From assembly GCA_030704615.1 (NCBI GenBank), contig CM060734.1, positions 41,912,001 to 41,976,000 of the forward strand: DNA of 64,000 nt, given 5' to 3'. Below the pieces are notes generated by a model. The model saw only the letters and a program-made list of their open reading frames with translations. It had not been told where the DNA came from and did no database searches. Positions 1 through 14,200 of the stretch are shown one piece after another. The stretch is from Takakia lepidozioides. Lineage: Eukaryota; Plantae; Bryophyta. The position numbers and the translations under genes are program-made. Numbering within the stretch: position 1 is the first letter of the stretch; every line of letters begins with the position of its first letter.

Positions 1-23
1 AACACCAGCCCCAGCAACTGGGC

Positions 24-620
24 CTTGAGGGGGAAAATAAACCTCTTTCAGAGCCATGGAGGCATTGTAGGCCTCAGAATTTTGTGTGGCCTCGTCGTAA
101 TGAGGCCGCAGGTGCAGAGGAAACAGAACCTGACAGCGGCCCCGCTACATTAAAAGGATCCCTATTCCCCTGTTCCTCTTATATATCGAAAAAACGTCGA
201 GCTGTTGCCAAGACGGAGGTTGTGGTCTGGTGGTAGGTCGATGGCTGTAGGTCTCGGGTTCCATTCCTTGAACGTAGTTCCGGTGGTTGTCGCTTAATGA
301 AACTACCTCCATGGAGGTGGTATGCAACTACTCTCATGCAGGTAGTTCAGCTTGGTTTTGCAACTACCTTCATGTAGAAAATCCTAAAACTACCTGCATG
401 GAGGTAGTTGTAAAATTCATTCTAAGTCCTTTACGCATGAAGGTAGTTTGCTCCTATATTAATGAGACGGCCTGACGGTCGTCTGACCAGCCTCATAACG
501 ACGAGGCCACACAAAATTCTGAGCGGCATTGTAGGGGCAGAGCCGCACAGATGACAGGGGTTTCGAACCTCAGACCACAGGTCGTCATACGATTGGCTTA
601 CCACCGGGCCACAGCCGCCC
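24..620 (-). repeat. tRNA-derived SINE-like repeat, interrupted by the MITE at 71-525
   Basis: Minus strand has an A-box-like TGGCCCGGTGG and a B-box-like GGTTCGAAACC. The tail ...GAAAGAGGTTTATTTTCCCCCTCAAGG resembles the copies at ~15.0, 15.5 and 20.0 kb. Confidence 0.5.
71..525. mobile_element. MITE with ~33-bp TIRs and 9-10-bp TSD (Mutator-like)
   Basis: CTCAGAATTTTGTGTGGCCTCGTCGTAATGAGG (73-105) is the near-perfect reverse complement of 491-523. GCATTGTAG is duplicated at 62-70 and 526-534. Confidence 0.8.
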
Positions 621-3601
621 CTGTGGTATACCTTTTTTCTTTTTTTCTTTTTATATTGGAGATGAGATGAGATTGAGATTGCAGTGCAGAGTGTGAAAAT
701 AGGTCATTTGGCGTCGGGGCGGGCGTGGAACGGTCACCGGAATAATAGCTGCAGGACCGGTGACGTGGCATACTTTTTGCTCTCGAGACACTAGGCCCTA
801 GTGACTAGTGAGTCACTAACCTACTATCCGTCCCCTGTTTTCTTTCTGGGCGCCCGTGTGCGTGAGCGTGTGAGGGAGAGAGAGAGAGAGAGAGAGAAGA
901 GTGAGGACGCGTTTTGGCAGCGCTGCTTTGGAGCAGGCATCATCGAATCTGCAATTGTTCTTTCAATTATGCGGAGGGGTCTTGCATGGAAGGTTAGGTC
1001 ATGCTTCTCTCTCTGTGTCTCTCTCGCACTGTTTGCTCTGCTAGCCGTGTGTTGTGTTCCTGTCGTCTTTCAATGTTTTTTCACCAACGTGTATCTGTCC
1101 TTCATTGACGCCAGGTTAGCTGCTTTTTCTTGACCCCTGTTGCTCCCTCTGTTTTGCCGCTCTCTGCTTGCCGCTGTGGACACCTTTCTAGGCTTACTCA
1201 GCTCTTGAAGGCGCTGTTTGTGGTGAGGGAGCTGCAGAGATGGCTCCCGAAAACCGATCGTCTGGAAAAATCTGGAATTCATGGGCTGGAGAAGGGTTTT
1301 GGAAAACCTCCACCAGTATTAAACTTGCGTGGATTCCTTCGGAAGAGTTCCTCGCTTCGTTTTAATTCTACCTTATCTGTGCATTTGAACTCCGCGGTGC
1401 GGTTCTTATGTTTCCTCTCTGATTATGTGTTCATAGAATTAATTTCATTTCCTTACCTATTTCCCTCCGCCAAATTGAAGCTCTACCTGTGCTTAACTGC
1501 GGCTTGGGTCCTTCATTCACGGATTGGCATAGGTGGATAGATTTGCGCTGACCATTTCCTACCAAGCACGGAACTGTGAAGGGAAAAGTATCTTCCCCTT
1601 TGTGGTGTCTGAGCTAGCACCTGATGCTAACACCTGGCTCGTCATTATCATGAAATATTCTGTTGGGTGTGTCTCGTTCTTCTCAAACTGCTTGGCTGTT
1701 TCGTTTCCACCTTGAATGTGTTACTCCACACTCAACGTTCTTGTCTAGCAAAATTGTAGTTGCGTTTTGAGTAAGTCTGATCTTGTAGAGTTTCCTTGTA
1801 CAACAGACTCCTCTCCCCCCCTCTGCATGTGTTCTCTCCAGAGGTAGTGAATCTGCTTCCTATCTTATTGCATGAGCATAGGAGGGGCGGGAATTTGTAG
1901 TGTGTATGTATCTGCTTTGGATAACTTCCAGTTTTGACAAGCTCAGAGGAACAGGTATGGCCAGGCTGTCTGGTTTTGCAGAAAGGTCCCATTGTGTTTT
2001 ATTTCAACATGATTTTCCTCAAATCTTTCTCATTCCCCTCCTCAGCAATTACAGCTTCACAGTATGTTTGAGAGCAATTAATTGTACCAGTCAAATGTAG
2101 AGACCCAATAAACAGAACCATTTCCTGTTTCCCTAAACCTTTGATTTTTTTGTCCTTCAGCTTACACGTCCCATTTCCTCAAAACCCTGCAAGGGGGAGA
2201 ATGAAGCAGAAATCGGCTCTAGAAATACAACTGTAACTACATTGTGGTGCCATTTCAATCATTTCCGTGTGGCCACTTAGAGATGACAGGTATGGAGACG
2301 TCTGAGAATTTCGAGGTGCAAAGATAGCTCTGCTTTTGATGCCAATCAATCTTACTTCCAGGCATTTTCAGCTCTTGTGCACTTGTTACCTTCTTTCTGC
2401 TGTTTGATTATATACTGCAAGGCCATAGAGCCAAAGGAGTAGGTACGACAGTTATGGTTGGATCCTTTTCATTGCTTAGTGGAAGGTCTGACCACGAGTT
2501 TAGGCTGGTGTTATTGTGAGATTGGCATGTGATGGCCTTCTTGTTGACCCAAGGAAAATCCTGTACAGGGTATCTTGTATGCTCAGGTGGTTTCTTTCAA
2601 ACTTATCCTTCTTGACCGGTGTCTCAGTCTTTATTTTCTTCCTATGGGATCCTGGTGTTGTTTTCTGGCATTTTCTAGGTTTCTCCATGTTATAACTAAC
2701 TTTGTCAAGTCTAGTGAGCATATTGCATGCAAATGTTCCCATTCAATGAGGAGGTGTTTCGGAACTCAAAATGAGGGTATTTACGTCTCTCTGTCTCTCA
2801 GTTGCTTGTGGTGGTGGACTATGCTTGATTGAACTGATTGTGTGATGATATTCTGAACCCGTGTCTGGCCTGCTTGCAGGATGACTTGTTCCCGAACTTG
2901 AATCGTTCTTCAAATGAGATACTTGCCAATTTGGACTTCGAATAAATTCTGACTGTTAAAAATATAGTTTTCTTAGGGAACTTAGCGGGTCCCCAATCAA
3001 TAGCAGAGCTGAGCTAGAACTTGAGCCCAACATCACCATATTTATTTGGGTGGGTAACTGTAATCTTGGCTTGGATAGCAAGGTGACAATCTGTTACCTT
3101 CGAGCGCTGTCCATTGGCTGCTTGTGGGGCCTATTCTTTCCTTTTCTGACTTGGGTTGGTAGTACTACCTGGAAATTTTTTAAAGGTTAGTCATTAGACC
3201 TGCTTTTCATTAGAAGCTGAGAAGAGTGACTCCAGGGTGTGTACCATTGGAGAGCTTGCACCTGCCTGCAGGGTGGAGACTTAAAGAAAGGGAACGACCA
3301 GTAAGTATTTAAGCTAGCTTTGGGACTCAGGCATCATAGAAATGTCTCAGATTTGGAGTTTAAGCAGACCAGATTACCTTTTTCACCTAAGGCCATTCTA
3401 GAATCACGGGAGATTTTTCACAACATGTCTATGGAGATCTACTGCAGAGAACCACGTATGGAAATATAGGGCTGCGGCTGCCGGTGGTTAAACACCAACT
3501 TTTAGAAAGACCTTCTTCTTTCTTTTTACCTCGAATCTGTAGAATGCTCTTGATCTTTAAGCTCTCTATGCGTTTATGTTTGGAAGGTTAAGAGCGGCAT
3601 C

Positions 3602-4632
3602 ATGCAGTTTTATCACCATGCCCTCTCTATGAACAGTCAGAAGGTACGGATTGGACTGGAAGAGAAAGGCGTCGATTATTGGCCCCACAGAGTCAACCCT
3701 TTGAAGGCCAGAAACTTGGATCCCGATTTTTTTCGTCAGAATCCAAGTGGGACCCTGCCCGTGTTGAAAAATGGGAGCCTTGTGATATGTGGGAGCCTCC
3801 CTTGTGTCCAGTAAGTCTCATTCTGTCTCTGTCACACACACATTATTGGTCATGGCAATCAACGTCTTCTGAGTACATTCTCTCTCATATTATCAAGTTC
3901 CTTGCTTTTCTTGTGTACAAGAGAGGAGAGAGAGAGAGAGATGGTATTGTGTTGGCTGAGATCTTTCATGTTTGTTCTATGTTGGGTTCACATATCTGAA
4001 ATGCAGATAGAGGAGAGAATAAAGCATGATGTCCCTGTTGCAGATATGTTGACAGCATGAATGACCCATTAGGGGGGACCAGCAAAGTGAACCGTGAGAA
4101 AGTACAAGAATGGATGCAGAAAGTGGATGAATGGGATGGCAAACCCTTTACCTTGAGCCACATACCTGAAAGGGTGCTTAGCTTCTTCAGCCGGTTCAAG
4201 AGGCGTGTAGTGATTTCGAGGATGGCCAAGAATCCAGATCTCGCCAGTAAGTATCACACCAAGCTCAACAGTATGCATGCATTGGAGGAGAAATTGAAAT
4301 CCAGGGAAGCCATTGCAACCAACAAGCAACAACTGAAGGATTTGCTTGATGCAGCTGAGGCCCAGTTAGGGACTACAGAGTTCATGGCAGGGTTTGAGTT
4401 CACAATGGCCGATGCCATGCTTATGCCTGTTCTTGCCCGTATTGAACTGCTAAAAATGGATGAAGAGTTGTTTCAGTCGAGGCTACGGGTTTTAGAGTAT
4501 TGGCAGAGGATGAAGGAGCGGCCAAGTTACAAAAAAGTCATAGGGGGCTACTCATCAGGACTGAAGCAGATGAAGCTTGTCGTGCCATCCATGTTCAATG
4601 TGGGGGTACGAAATCTGTTCAGGAGATACTGA
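3602..4632 (+). CDS. TCHQD: Glutathione S-transferase, TCHQD class; exons 3602-3810 and 4044-4632 (265 aa)
   Basis: N-terminal MQFYHHALSMNSQKVR..EEKGVDY and FFRQNPSGTLPVL. GST C-domain GFEFTMADAMLMPVLAR; C-terminus RNLFRRY. A GT-AG intron (3811-4043) keeps the frame. Confidence 0.93.
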
Positions 4633-7600
4633 GAGAACCAATCAATGGAAGCCACCCATATTTGCTTTTGCTTTGCCAGTCTGGAGGGACCTTCACCCTT
4701 TATATTGGCTCACTTTCCGTGCGTATGGAGAAGCTTTTGCATAGATGCTATTTGATCCATTAAACTCAATTTATTCTCCGAGAGGGATGCACTTGCAAAA
4801 GATTAGTATATTAGGTCTGATTATACACATCAATTCAAGGGGTGAGCCACAAGTCTGGGGGGCCACCGCAATACTGTCTGGTTCAAGGATGGGTTTGCCA
4901 CTGGAAAGCCGAAAGTTACTCTGGCAAATATAGGAGAGTTAGCCTTTTGCACACGACGGTCTTCTCATTCAAGCTACAAAGGATGTAAACAAGCATAGTG
5001 TGAGTTACCTTTTATTCAGATGAATATTCCATCGTGTTCCTCTTACCAACAAAAGTCTGTTTTGGTAACTAGTGATCTTTCTCCTGATAGATGTGTTTGT
5101 TTGCAAAGTGCTGACCGACTAGGCATTTGAATGGTCTGTCGTCGGTACTCTTTTGAAATCTAATCAATCGGTGCCTTGACTGGATTCCTTTGGTGTATGT
5201 GGCTGGGCCTTCATCCTCTGGTCATGACCTTGCAGAAATGTCTAACCAGAGGAACGCCGGACATTGGCTCTTAGTAAAGATGATCATGTAGTCACCCACC
5301 TGGTACTGTACATCATGCCCACACTATACCAACTCTAGTTCATTACCAACATCAGTTTTTGAGCCCATCATTTTGGCTATCAACTTGATTCCTTGTTAAT
5401 TGTTCCTGCACTATAGAGGTTGTAGCCAGATCCAGTTAATCTGTACAGCACCACTATCCTCTGTAGCACCAATATTCTAGTGACGACAGAAGGTCGGAGA
5501 CTAGTTTAGCGTAGAGCAGGAATAGGGTGTCTTTGTGCCATGTCATCATTGCCACTTTTCATCGTTGTCAAAGTTTTTGAACCCGCCCGTACTGCCCAAA
5601 ACAAACCAAAAATAAGTTCTCGAACTGTCTGAAGCCTGAACTCTTTGAACAGATTTTCATAGAGGCGTTGAGCCCTCTTATTGCTAGCCTATGGTCTGAC
5701 AAATACAGAGAGAATGTATTCCTAAGGCATTGTTTGCTCATCGTTGTAGCCTTGTGGCCATCGATTTATGTCCAGTTTTGTGAGGAACAAAAGGAAAATA
5801 GATGCTAGCTTTGTTAGGGGCCCACTCGAGTAGTGTGACTTACCTTAGTAAAGATAATTAAGTTCGGGCTTTTGAGATCTCCATTCACAAAAACATCAAC
5901 TTGCTATGTGTGAGCTGCCTAGCAATTATACTCAACAGGGCCAGGGCTTTAGGCTCAGCCTCAAGATTCCCCTCCTGAGTTAGAATTTCAGTCTAATGCA
6001 TAGTAAGAAAGCGACAAGATTCCATGCAGACCCTTCGAGGGAATTGTCACTGGCGCTAGATTGCATAGCCAAAGAGAGCGATAAATTCTCACCATTGACA
6101 AACTGGAAGAAGGTAACATTTGCACTCTCGTAATCAAAAGGGTCGTTTCTCAGGCACCTCGACCTCCCATAGGCACAGTCATGCAGGAATACAAGCCCAC
6201 TTGAATGTGGCTTTGATAAATGCCTGTTCTTCCCTGTTCTATTGCCAGGTCCCCTTGGACCCCCACCGCAGACCCAGTAGATCCCCCTTCTCCAGCCACA
6301 CTTGCCACTGTCCAACATTTCTTAAGCAAAAACCGAATTTGAGCCTATGTTGACGACTGGATCTTTGCGGAAACCTGTCTCTATCGTGTTTCCAGGCCTA
6401 ACTGGCCCAGAAACCTGAGGACGTTGACTGCAATGCTTGTCTCAGGATGTAGGCATTTCCAGGAGACAAAGAAGAAGCAGACCCTGTTTGCATTCTGATA
6501 AAAGCCCATGTGGTCTCTGATGCATCATCAGAATGAGATCGATTAGAGACAGGAATAGGGGTGCCTACGGTTGGTGGCTGTGGAAAATCATCCAAGCAGA
6601 CAAACAGAGCAACTCATGTACACTGCTCAAGAAACAAGACGGGAGCTGAACCTCTCATAAGAGTTATGGTCAATGCTTGCCGCACTGTGGCACCTGCATT
6701 CCTTCCCGAGGCATTGCTAAAAGCTAGAGACACGAGATGATGTGGCACGCCTGTAATCGGCAAATATTTGCCTCCATGATCAGCAATGCAATCTGACTTC
6801 AATTCGTTTGAAGCTGCACTAACTGAGGTTAGATGATTACTAAGATGCATATAGAGTTCGCTGCCGACTTCTCCAAGAACAACTTCCAGCTACTTTGCAA
6901 ACAGAGTTAGACTTGATGATTTGGCATGAGGCTGGGAAAAAAACATATGTTGGATCAAATGGGCCCCAAAATTTGTATCTTTCAGTTTGACTTGTTCCTT
7001 ATCTCCCAATTCAAATGTTGGTGCCACCATAATACTAGGATTAAGGTGGTGTTGCTTCCATACGAAAAGCTACAGTTTTAGAGTTGGCTGCAGCATTTTG
7101 GCGGTAGGTGTCCAGACTGACAGTTCCCTGTGGACGTTAGCTCCGACACACAATTGCTAAGTATGGCTCAAGGAAGCTGCTAACTCTTCCAAAGCAGGTC
7201 TAGAAACACCAACCCAATATTAAAATTGACCTTGTGATAATTTGTTATATTGTGCCAAGCTTCCAATCTTCCCTTCCATATCCCTCAAAGAAAAAGCACA
7301 CAACTTTATTATCGACGAGTGGAAGAACTTCCCACATCTGTCAATTCAGGACTCTTCTCCATGTGTAGGCCTAAAACAAGCTCTATGAGAGTTCATTGCC
7401 CTTACTGAACCAGTCTAGAGCTTTCCCCCAAGTACTGCTGGCCAAAATGGAGTGGGTGTGCGATATGAAAAAGCAACCTGCACACTGATTCATGATACAT
7501 TCTTTGAATGTAATCATGAACTCTACCAGAATTGAAGAGTTCTCACAGTTTTTCGCTTGCCTGGGGGCTGCTGGATTGAAACCCACCCCTTCCACGTCCT

Positions 7601-7828
7601 CTATTTCCTTTCATACGAAATGAAACCACCTAATCTGCTATAAGCACTGTACATTGACTAAACTAGAAAGCATGCCGAACAAAACTAGACACGGCTACCC
7701 TGCTAAAAAAGAGGAGAAATCACGCTAGCAGCTAAATGTAAGGGTGACATGGTCTAACGACAGTCTGGAGATTTGATCCAGGCAATTTACGCAGGGTTCC
7801 AATACGAGAAACAGTAAAATGTCGGACG

Positions 7829-10800
7829 TCAGGAGCAAGTAGTGATAGGAGATGGAAAGGAGAGACTGAGAGATTGGAAAGGGCCTGAAACCATAGGATC
7901 GAGAAAAGAGCCTCCGTGTTCAATCTCCTCGGCCATGCCACAGGGAGAAATGGATAGTAGGAAAGGGTACTCCGACTGAAGATTCGTCCCGGGGAAAATA
8001 GAAATTTCCCTCGTTTGGTGAGCGACGTCGGGTGCAGCGTCGAGTATGCTCGCCTCCACTTTGTCGTCGTCGTCCACAGCGTCGAACCGTAAGTCCAGCT
8101 CCGTCCCCGCCGTCGATGAGGCTTGCTCGACCATCGATTTGTACAAGGACGATTGCTCCAAAAGGCTGAGGGCCGTCATCGAGGAGCTCTTCGGCGAGGA
8201 ACTTTTAGTTATCTCACCCGTCGAGTCAGTGGCCGATTGTCGAAACTCATCGTCCCTTGGCTGGGATGGTGACCATGTTGAAGACGTTTGTGGAATCTCT
8301 TCGGGGATGGTAGAAGTTGAGCTCTCTTGGAGGGTAGAGAAGGAAGCTATCGGAGCAGGTATGATATTGTTCTGTCCCGGTTGTATATCCCATCTACAAG
8401 TGAAGTAGACATTTATGATTGAAGAACTGAGACTATTAAAGATTGCAACCTGACATGTATGAGGATATCGTGCACATATGTGGTCTAAAAGAGACTCCAC
8501 GAATTTGCATGTTGAAGTTGCGAATAATCAAGGATGCTCAAATGTCTTTGAATATATTTTCTTACATTTGAATTAGTTTGGTCGTAGAAGTGTTCCAACA
8601 ATCAAGTACCTGATATAGCGGTTCACATCGAAATTTGTTACAGCATTCAGTCCCCGGTGCTCAATTGCTGCCATGTCGTATGCTGCTGCGGCCTCTTCCT
8701 GTGTACCTGCCGCAGGAAAAGGTTTCTCTCAAAGCTCAATACATGAGTGGAGTACAGTTCATCCTCGGTGGTCAACTGATTCCCAAGATATCTAGTCTTG
8801 GCCTTTCTCGTTGTATCTAGTACCTAGTAGGTAGATGTCGTGCATTATAATTACAGAACTGTGGCATAGTCCGAGAGAACTAAGTCATGGTCTGTTAACC
8901 ATTCCTGAGCACTCAAGTAAAGATTTCTATGTCACTATGAACAAATGGCATGCACCTGGTAGAGTATTCAACCTCACACCAGATCCCTGGAGAGCCAGCT
9001 ACTGGAACTATGGACTGGCGCACAGAAAGTGTCCTCTGAACGATTGATAACGTTCAGCTTTGGCCACGAAGAACTTGAAGGAGTTCCACTGCCATAGAAA
9101 TGTCAATCAAAATTCTGTTTGGAAAAACAAATTAAGGTTTATTCAACAGCATCCTGTATGTGACCAAAGGTAAGGACAAAATTGTGAATCAAATGAGAAG
9201 TCTCATTAGCATGCTGGTTACTCACTGTATGTGCCAAGGTAGAGGTACTTGTTGCCATATATTCGACCAATTCTGGCTTCCCAACGCCCATTGTGATGAT
9301 GTCTGCATAATGGACACTTCAAGTCCTTGTCAGTAGACGTGACTAGAATCGCTAAGTGATGCGAGAGAGGGATGTAGAGGTGAACACATGGAACACAACA
9401 TCAGATCCAACACGATACAGTACAAGTTTACAAGTCGTCAAGAAATTAGAGCCTTTGCCTTGTAGGCAGCTTTACCTTACAGTATCTTTTCATGGTCTCA
9501 TCATGGTCCCATTTTGGAATGTCTAAGATGTTTAGATCTGCCTAACCTAGACCAAGAAACGGCAATCTGAATGTTGCCAGTGCAACAGGTTTTGTAGGAC
9601 TACCTTGCAACACCCCGGTACTTAGACACACCTCTTGAGAAACCACTGCTTTTCCTGCACATCAATCAGGATAGGGCCTCATAATAAATATGACCGAGGG
9701 AGAGAGTGTACTCAACATCAGAGAATGAGAGCAGCTATACCGTGGACTGTTCAAATTTTAGCTCCATGATAATTCAAGAAGGTATGGCCCATATGTATAA
9801 ATACTCCAAAATGTTCAGCAATTCAATCAGGTATAGTCCCTCACACGTACCTTCGTAGAGAGGCCAGGTATTCTTCTCGTGACAAATCTTGCATTTCTTC
9901 CAGTTCCTTCGTGTAATCAGTTAACTGCCAAGAAGATATTAAGATGGAACCAAACAGCTCTGTATCAAAATTGACTGACGATGATTCTCGTTTGACAAAG
10001 TGCGGTCTCCAACAAAATTGGTCAAGTGCTACTTCTGACCACTGTCTATTCTCTCACCGCACACCCGCCCCTCACCAAAAGAAAACCCGTTTCCCCGAAG
10101 TCCCATTCCCTGTCTTTAAAGATTGAAAACGTGAGAGAAAGATTACCGGAAAGTTGATGAGGGTATTAGTACCCCAATATTTAAGTGCTGCCATGTCGTA
10201 AGCCCGGGATGCCGCTTCTTCGTCATCGTATGCACCTGTAATCAGGTTGCAAAGACATTCCCAAGACATTAGCCCTCCCACCTGTATATTCATCTCTTAG
10301 AATACAACCGTTCATGGTTGAGACAACAGTCCATGGTGCCACAATGAGGTGCAAAACTTCTCAGCTTTTACTCTTTGTATCACGCGGTCTAACTGTACTA
10401 CAGCAGTGTTCCAAGATAGCTTACTCCTTGAAGATCTGTCTTCTTTAGTCCAAAGGGAAGATAACTAGACTCTATTTCATCAACGGCAAAAGTATGAACC
10501 ACGATCCGCATGACCAGTACCAGGTCAACCTGGCAGATTCAAAAATTTCCTATTGATAAGGATGACAAGAGTTCTAGATAGATAGTGCGCAAGATCCAAA
10601 AAGAGAAAAATGACTCACCTAAATAGACTGCAGAAGCGATTGGTCCACGAACATCACCGCCAGCCACATTACATGTGGACAAACCAACAAATGGCAATGA
10701 TAGATCAGATCAATTCTCTCAGATCAGTTCTTTGAGAGATAAGAAAGTCTTTCAGAAGCAAAACCAGTTTTTGAGAGCTTTCTGGACATGAAAGTGTTGC

Positions 10801-11272
10801 ACACCAAGGGGCTGCTGGAAAATTGCACTAATGAGCCAAAAGCACTTGAGATAAAATCGGTAGTGGTCGCAAAGTATGGAGAAAGTACCTTGCTTTCCTT
10901 TCTTATTTTGAGAGTGGTTCCAACAGCTCTTGTCCCACAGATGTGCTTCATATCTCCCTGTCCATCTGTGTCTAGATTTTCCCAAGCCAACTGAATGTCT
11001 CAATACTCAACCTCTGCATATTCTAAGATTCAAGCATTGTCAAGCATTGTTGTCTTTAAACTTCAAACTTCTGTTACTGAATTGATCAATCTACAATGTA
11101 CAAATTTCCCACTGAAATAGAGAGAAAAATCCCGATACCGTGTCACGCCTCGGTATATTGAGCTTCGACGACTGGCTGAAGTGCTTGAAAGGTCTCGCTT
11201 ATCTTCCAATGTATTAGAAACCCTCCGTGTACGCTTCGCCTTTGGTTGACTTGACTTAATGGACCCCTCCAT
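7829..11272 (-). CDS. WRI1: WRINKLED1-like double-AP2 transcription factor; exons 11272-11139, 10971-10889, 10627-10619, 10235-10147, 9924-9851, 9654-9604, 9302-9226, 8706-8610, 8393-7829 (392 aa)
   Basis: AP2-R1 [49 protein letters not shown]; linker [25 protein letters not shown]; AP2-R2 [25 protein letters not shown]. All introns are GT-AG and exon phases are consistent. The short N-terminus fits the WRI/basal ANT group. Confidence 0.88.
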
Positions 11273-14200
11273 TTCCCGATTTGCTATCTGTCTCTTTCAC
11301 CTGCCAAACACATTATAGATGAGACCCTCAGCAGACAAGTGAAGGAAGATGTGATCCCCATCATGTCCTCAACAAATCGAATGTAGAAGTACTGCAATGC
11401 AACAAATAAAACGTATGATCATCTAATTCATTGCAGCTACTGCGATATAATGTAGATCTGCTCCAGCGCACAGAGATCACGCTAAAGCCTCTCGGGTACA
11501 GTAGTTTAAAAGAACCTGGAATTGCACCTGATAAAAAGTAGAAACAAAATGCAATCGATCGGTCTCAAATGCATAGTTTTCGACGAATTCTTTTGACGAC
11601 TTAATTGACAACTTCCACGCAGAGCTTTGCCACCCGAGAGCGGTGAAAGGACACGAAGAAATATGCCACCGCAGTCCAAGCACACTCCGAGACGACCATG
11701 ACAATGTCGAAAACCACACGAAGGACAGACGGATCCAAAGAAGCCACAGGCAAGGAGGACTGCGGGCTAACTTATGCGCAAGCGACGCGGGAGGTATGAT
11801 AAACTGACGAAGCAGCGATCTGTGGGGAGTGAGTGCAGGAGATGTCACGGTGCCGCGTGGCCAGTGTTGGTGTGTTGTCAAGCGCGCAGTGAAGAGGTGC
11901 TGGTATTGGCAGAGGCGTTCGCTGTGGACCGTTGGTTCTGACCACTATTCTCTACACCGCCCTTTCCCTGGGCCCAACCTAAAGTTGCCCTCCTAATTTG
12001 CGATGTCGCTATACTTAGCCTCTGATGGTCACCTAACTTACCAATACTTGCTGCCCACCATACATATTCTGGTTTGTGTCGAATTTATGGACTGGTAATG
12101 CCAAAGACTACGACAATACTCTCGATTTCGTAACTCCTTAGCATATCTTTCAGTGCCTACGCAGTTAGTAAATTGAGCAAGTTTATACTTTGTTGATTTG
12201 CAAGGTATCCAGGCCCACATCCCGAGGGGAGGGAGGGAGGGGGCCCACTCAGCACTAATGAGGAGAATAGACCTGTGGGGCGATAAATATTCCGAGCTGA
12301 ATCCTGCCGCCTGCGTTCATGATCCATACACATGCTCTGCTTTTGTAGGAGTGAACATGGAGACGAATGATACTTTCCAAAGGGGTCATAACCTAGCTCG
12401 ATAGTGTTTATTGTGTAAGCAGGAGCATCCTCTCGCAAGGGGCCTGATTTGTGAGCTGTTGCTCCCAGGTGTGTTTCCCTTAAAACAAAAGAAAAAAAAA
12501 GGGAGCATCTTTGCGATACTGATTTTCTAAAGACTAGAACAGAGTCCCTCCAAACTCCATACCCGCACAATTGTGTGAACAGGACAATGTTAATAGTGAT
12601 TTGCTGAAGTGGGAGAGGAGACGATTCCATGTAAGGTAAGTCTCCTCCTATATTAAACCTGCCCTTTAGAGAAATACGCAGCACTTGGTCTTAAGAACCT
12701 GGCTGAGAATATCCTTTGTAAATTTGCTGTCGGGAAACCCAATTCTGCAGATTGCCCTATAAATACCATGGAATATTTTTTTGCACCGGGCATTTGGCTC
12801 AGTCCCGCCGCTGGGGCACGTTTCTGAAACCAGGGAAAACACTTGGCTGGAACTTAAGGTCTTCGGGACTTTTAGGTCCTCTTACTTGCAGGATACAAGT
12901 AGCGTCTTATCAGGTTGCCTATGGTCACCTTGAAGTATAGTGTCAAAAGTGTAGGGCCCACCCTCGAAAGGGGGCAGTACTCGCAAGGCCAAGTGGCTCG
13001 TATTTACACCAGCTATGTACGGCAGGAGTCTTCTTCTTCTTCTAGTGTAAAAAGCACCTGCCCTCAATGAGTTGAGTCCGTAGTGCCTAAAAGGACACTG
13101 AAGGGGTCCCCACTTCATGGACCGGCACCACCATCACTTGCAGACGCTTCAATGGAGTTCACATAAGTACGCTTAAATGGAGTTCCAGCTGCGAATGTGG
13201 AGTCTAGAAATGGCCTGCTGGCTCCATTGAGCTAGGTCCAAAAACCTGAAACTCATTGAGGGCAGGTGCTTTACACTGCCGTGGAAATCAGCTGATATTT
13301 GCATTTACTTCATCGTCACTGGAACACTGTCATTTATGTGCCCAGTAACCAATTGTGAAATCGCCTGCCCTTCCATCCTCAAATGTGCAGGTCATGGTTC
13401 CCTCAAAAAAAACAAGCCTCAAGCGGCAATGGGGCTCTCTTGCTTGGCAAAACATAAGGGGGAGGTGAGACTACGGGTCATACTCAGCATAACAGGCCAA
13501 TCAGAGTTTTGACACGGTGTAAGGTCCTTTGACCACATTGTCTCCATTGACTTCAACATGATGCATACAATACGGTATTACCTAAGTCTTTCTAGAAGAG
13601 AGCCAACAAAAGAAAAATACTCAGCAAGTTCTTAGTTGTTAGTTGTTACGCACCTGACCAGTCCATAAAGCCTGCACCGTCCATGTCACTCGTTTGCAAC
13701 TAGATGTGATTCTACCGACATTCCATGCGCATCCAGGTCTTGCATGCAGTCTTGGCATGTGCGCCCTGCCCCAACGTGGCTCGTCAGCGAGGGCAGGTCT
13801 TGCTCTCCCAGAAACGACTCCCTGTGGAGCAACTAGGTATACGTCAAAAGGAGGAAGTTAACTTAAGGGAAATCTCCCAACCCTTTTCACATCTTTAGAC
13901 TCTTCCCCTCTTTCAATTTTATTTTGTAGTTGATGCCCGCAATGACTCAGGAATGACTCCCGGCTCTTTAGAGAAAATCTACACATTATTGCTACCGATT
14001 CGGGGTGCCAAAGCCCCCAAAGCCCCCAAAGCCCACGGTATGTTTCGGTATGTTTCACCCTCACTGCAAAATCTACACCAAATTGGGCCATTTTCATGAA
14101 TATTTAATTTCATAACTTGTCGTCAACTCAAACTTTTCTGAACCTCTGCAAATTGGTCCCCATATGGCATTGGTCCTCAAAGTAATGGAAGCAGACTTCA

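Noticed and set aside
801-1540. ORFs of 110 and 136 aa upstream of TCHQD
   Set aside because: They run through a (GA)n tract and pyrimidine-rich sequence with no domain motifs; probably 5' UTR or intron.
5330-7620. Possible ancient LINE remnant between TCHQD and WRI1
   Set aside because: The texture looks like decayed coding sequence on the minus strand, but I could not read a convincing RT or endonuclease motif.
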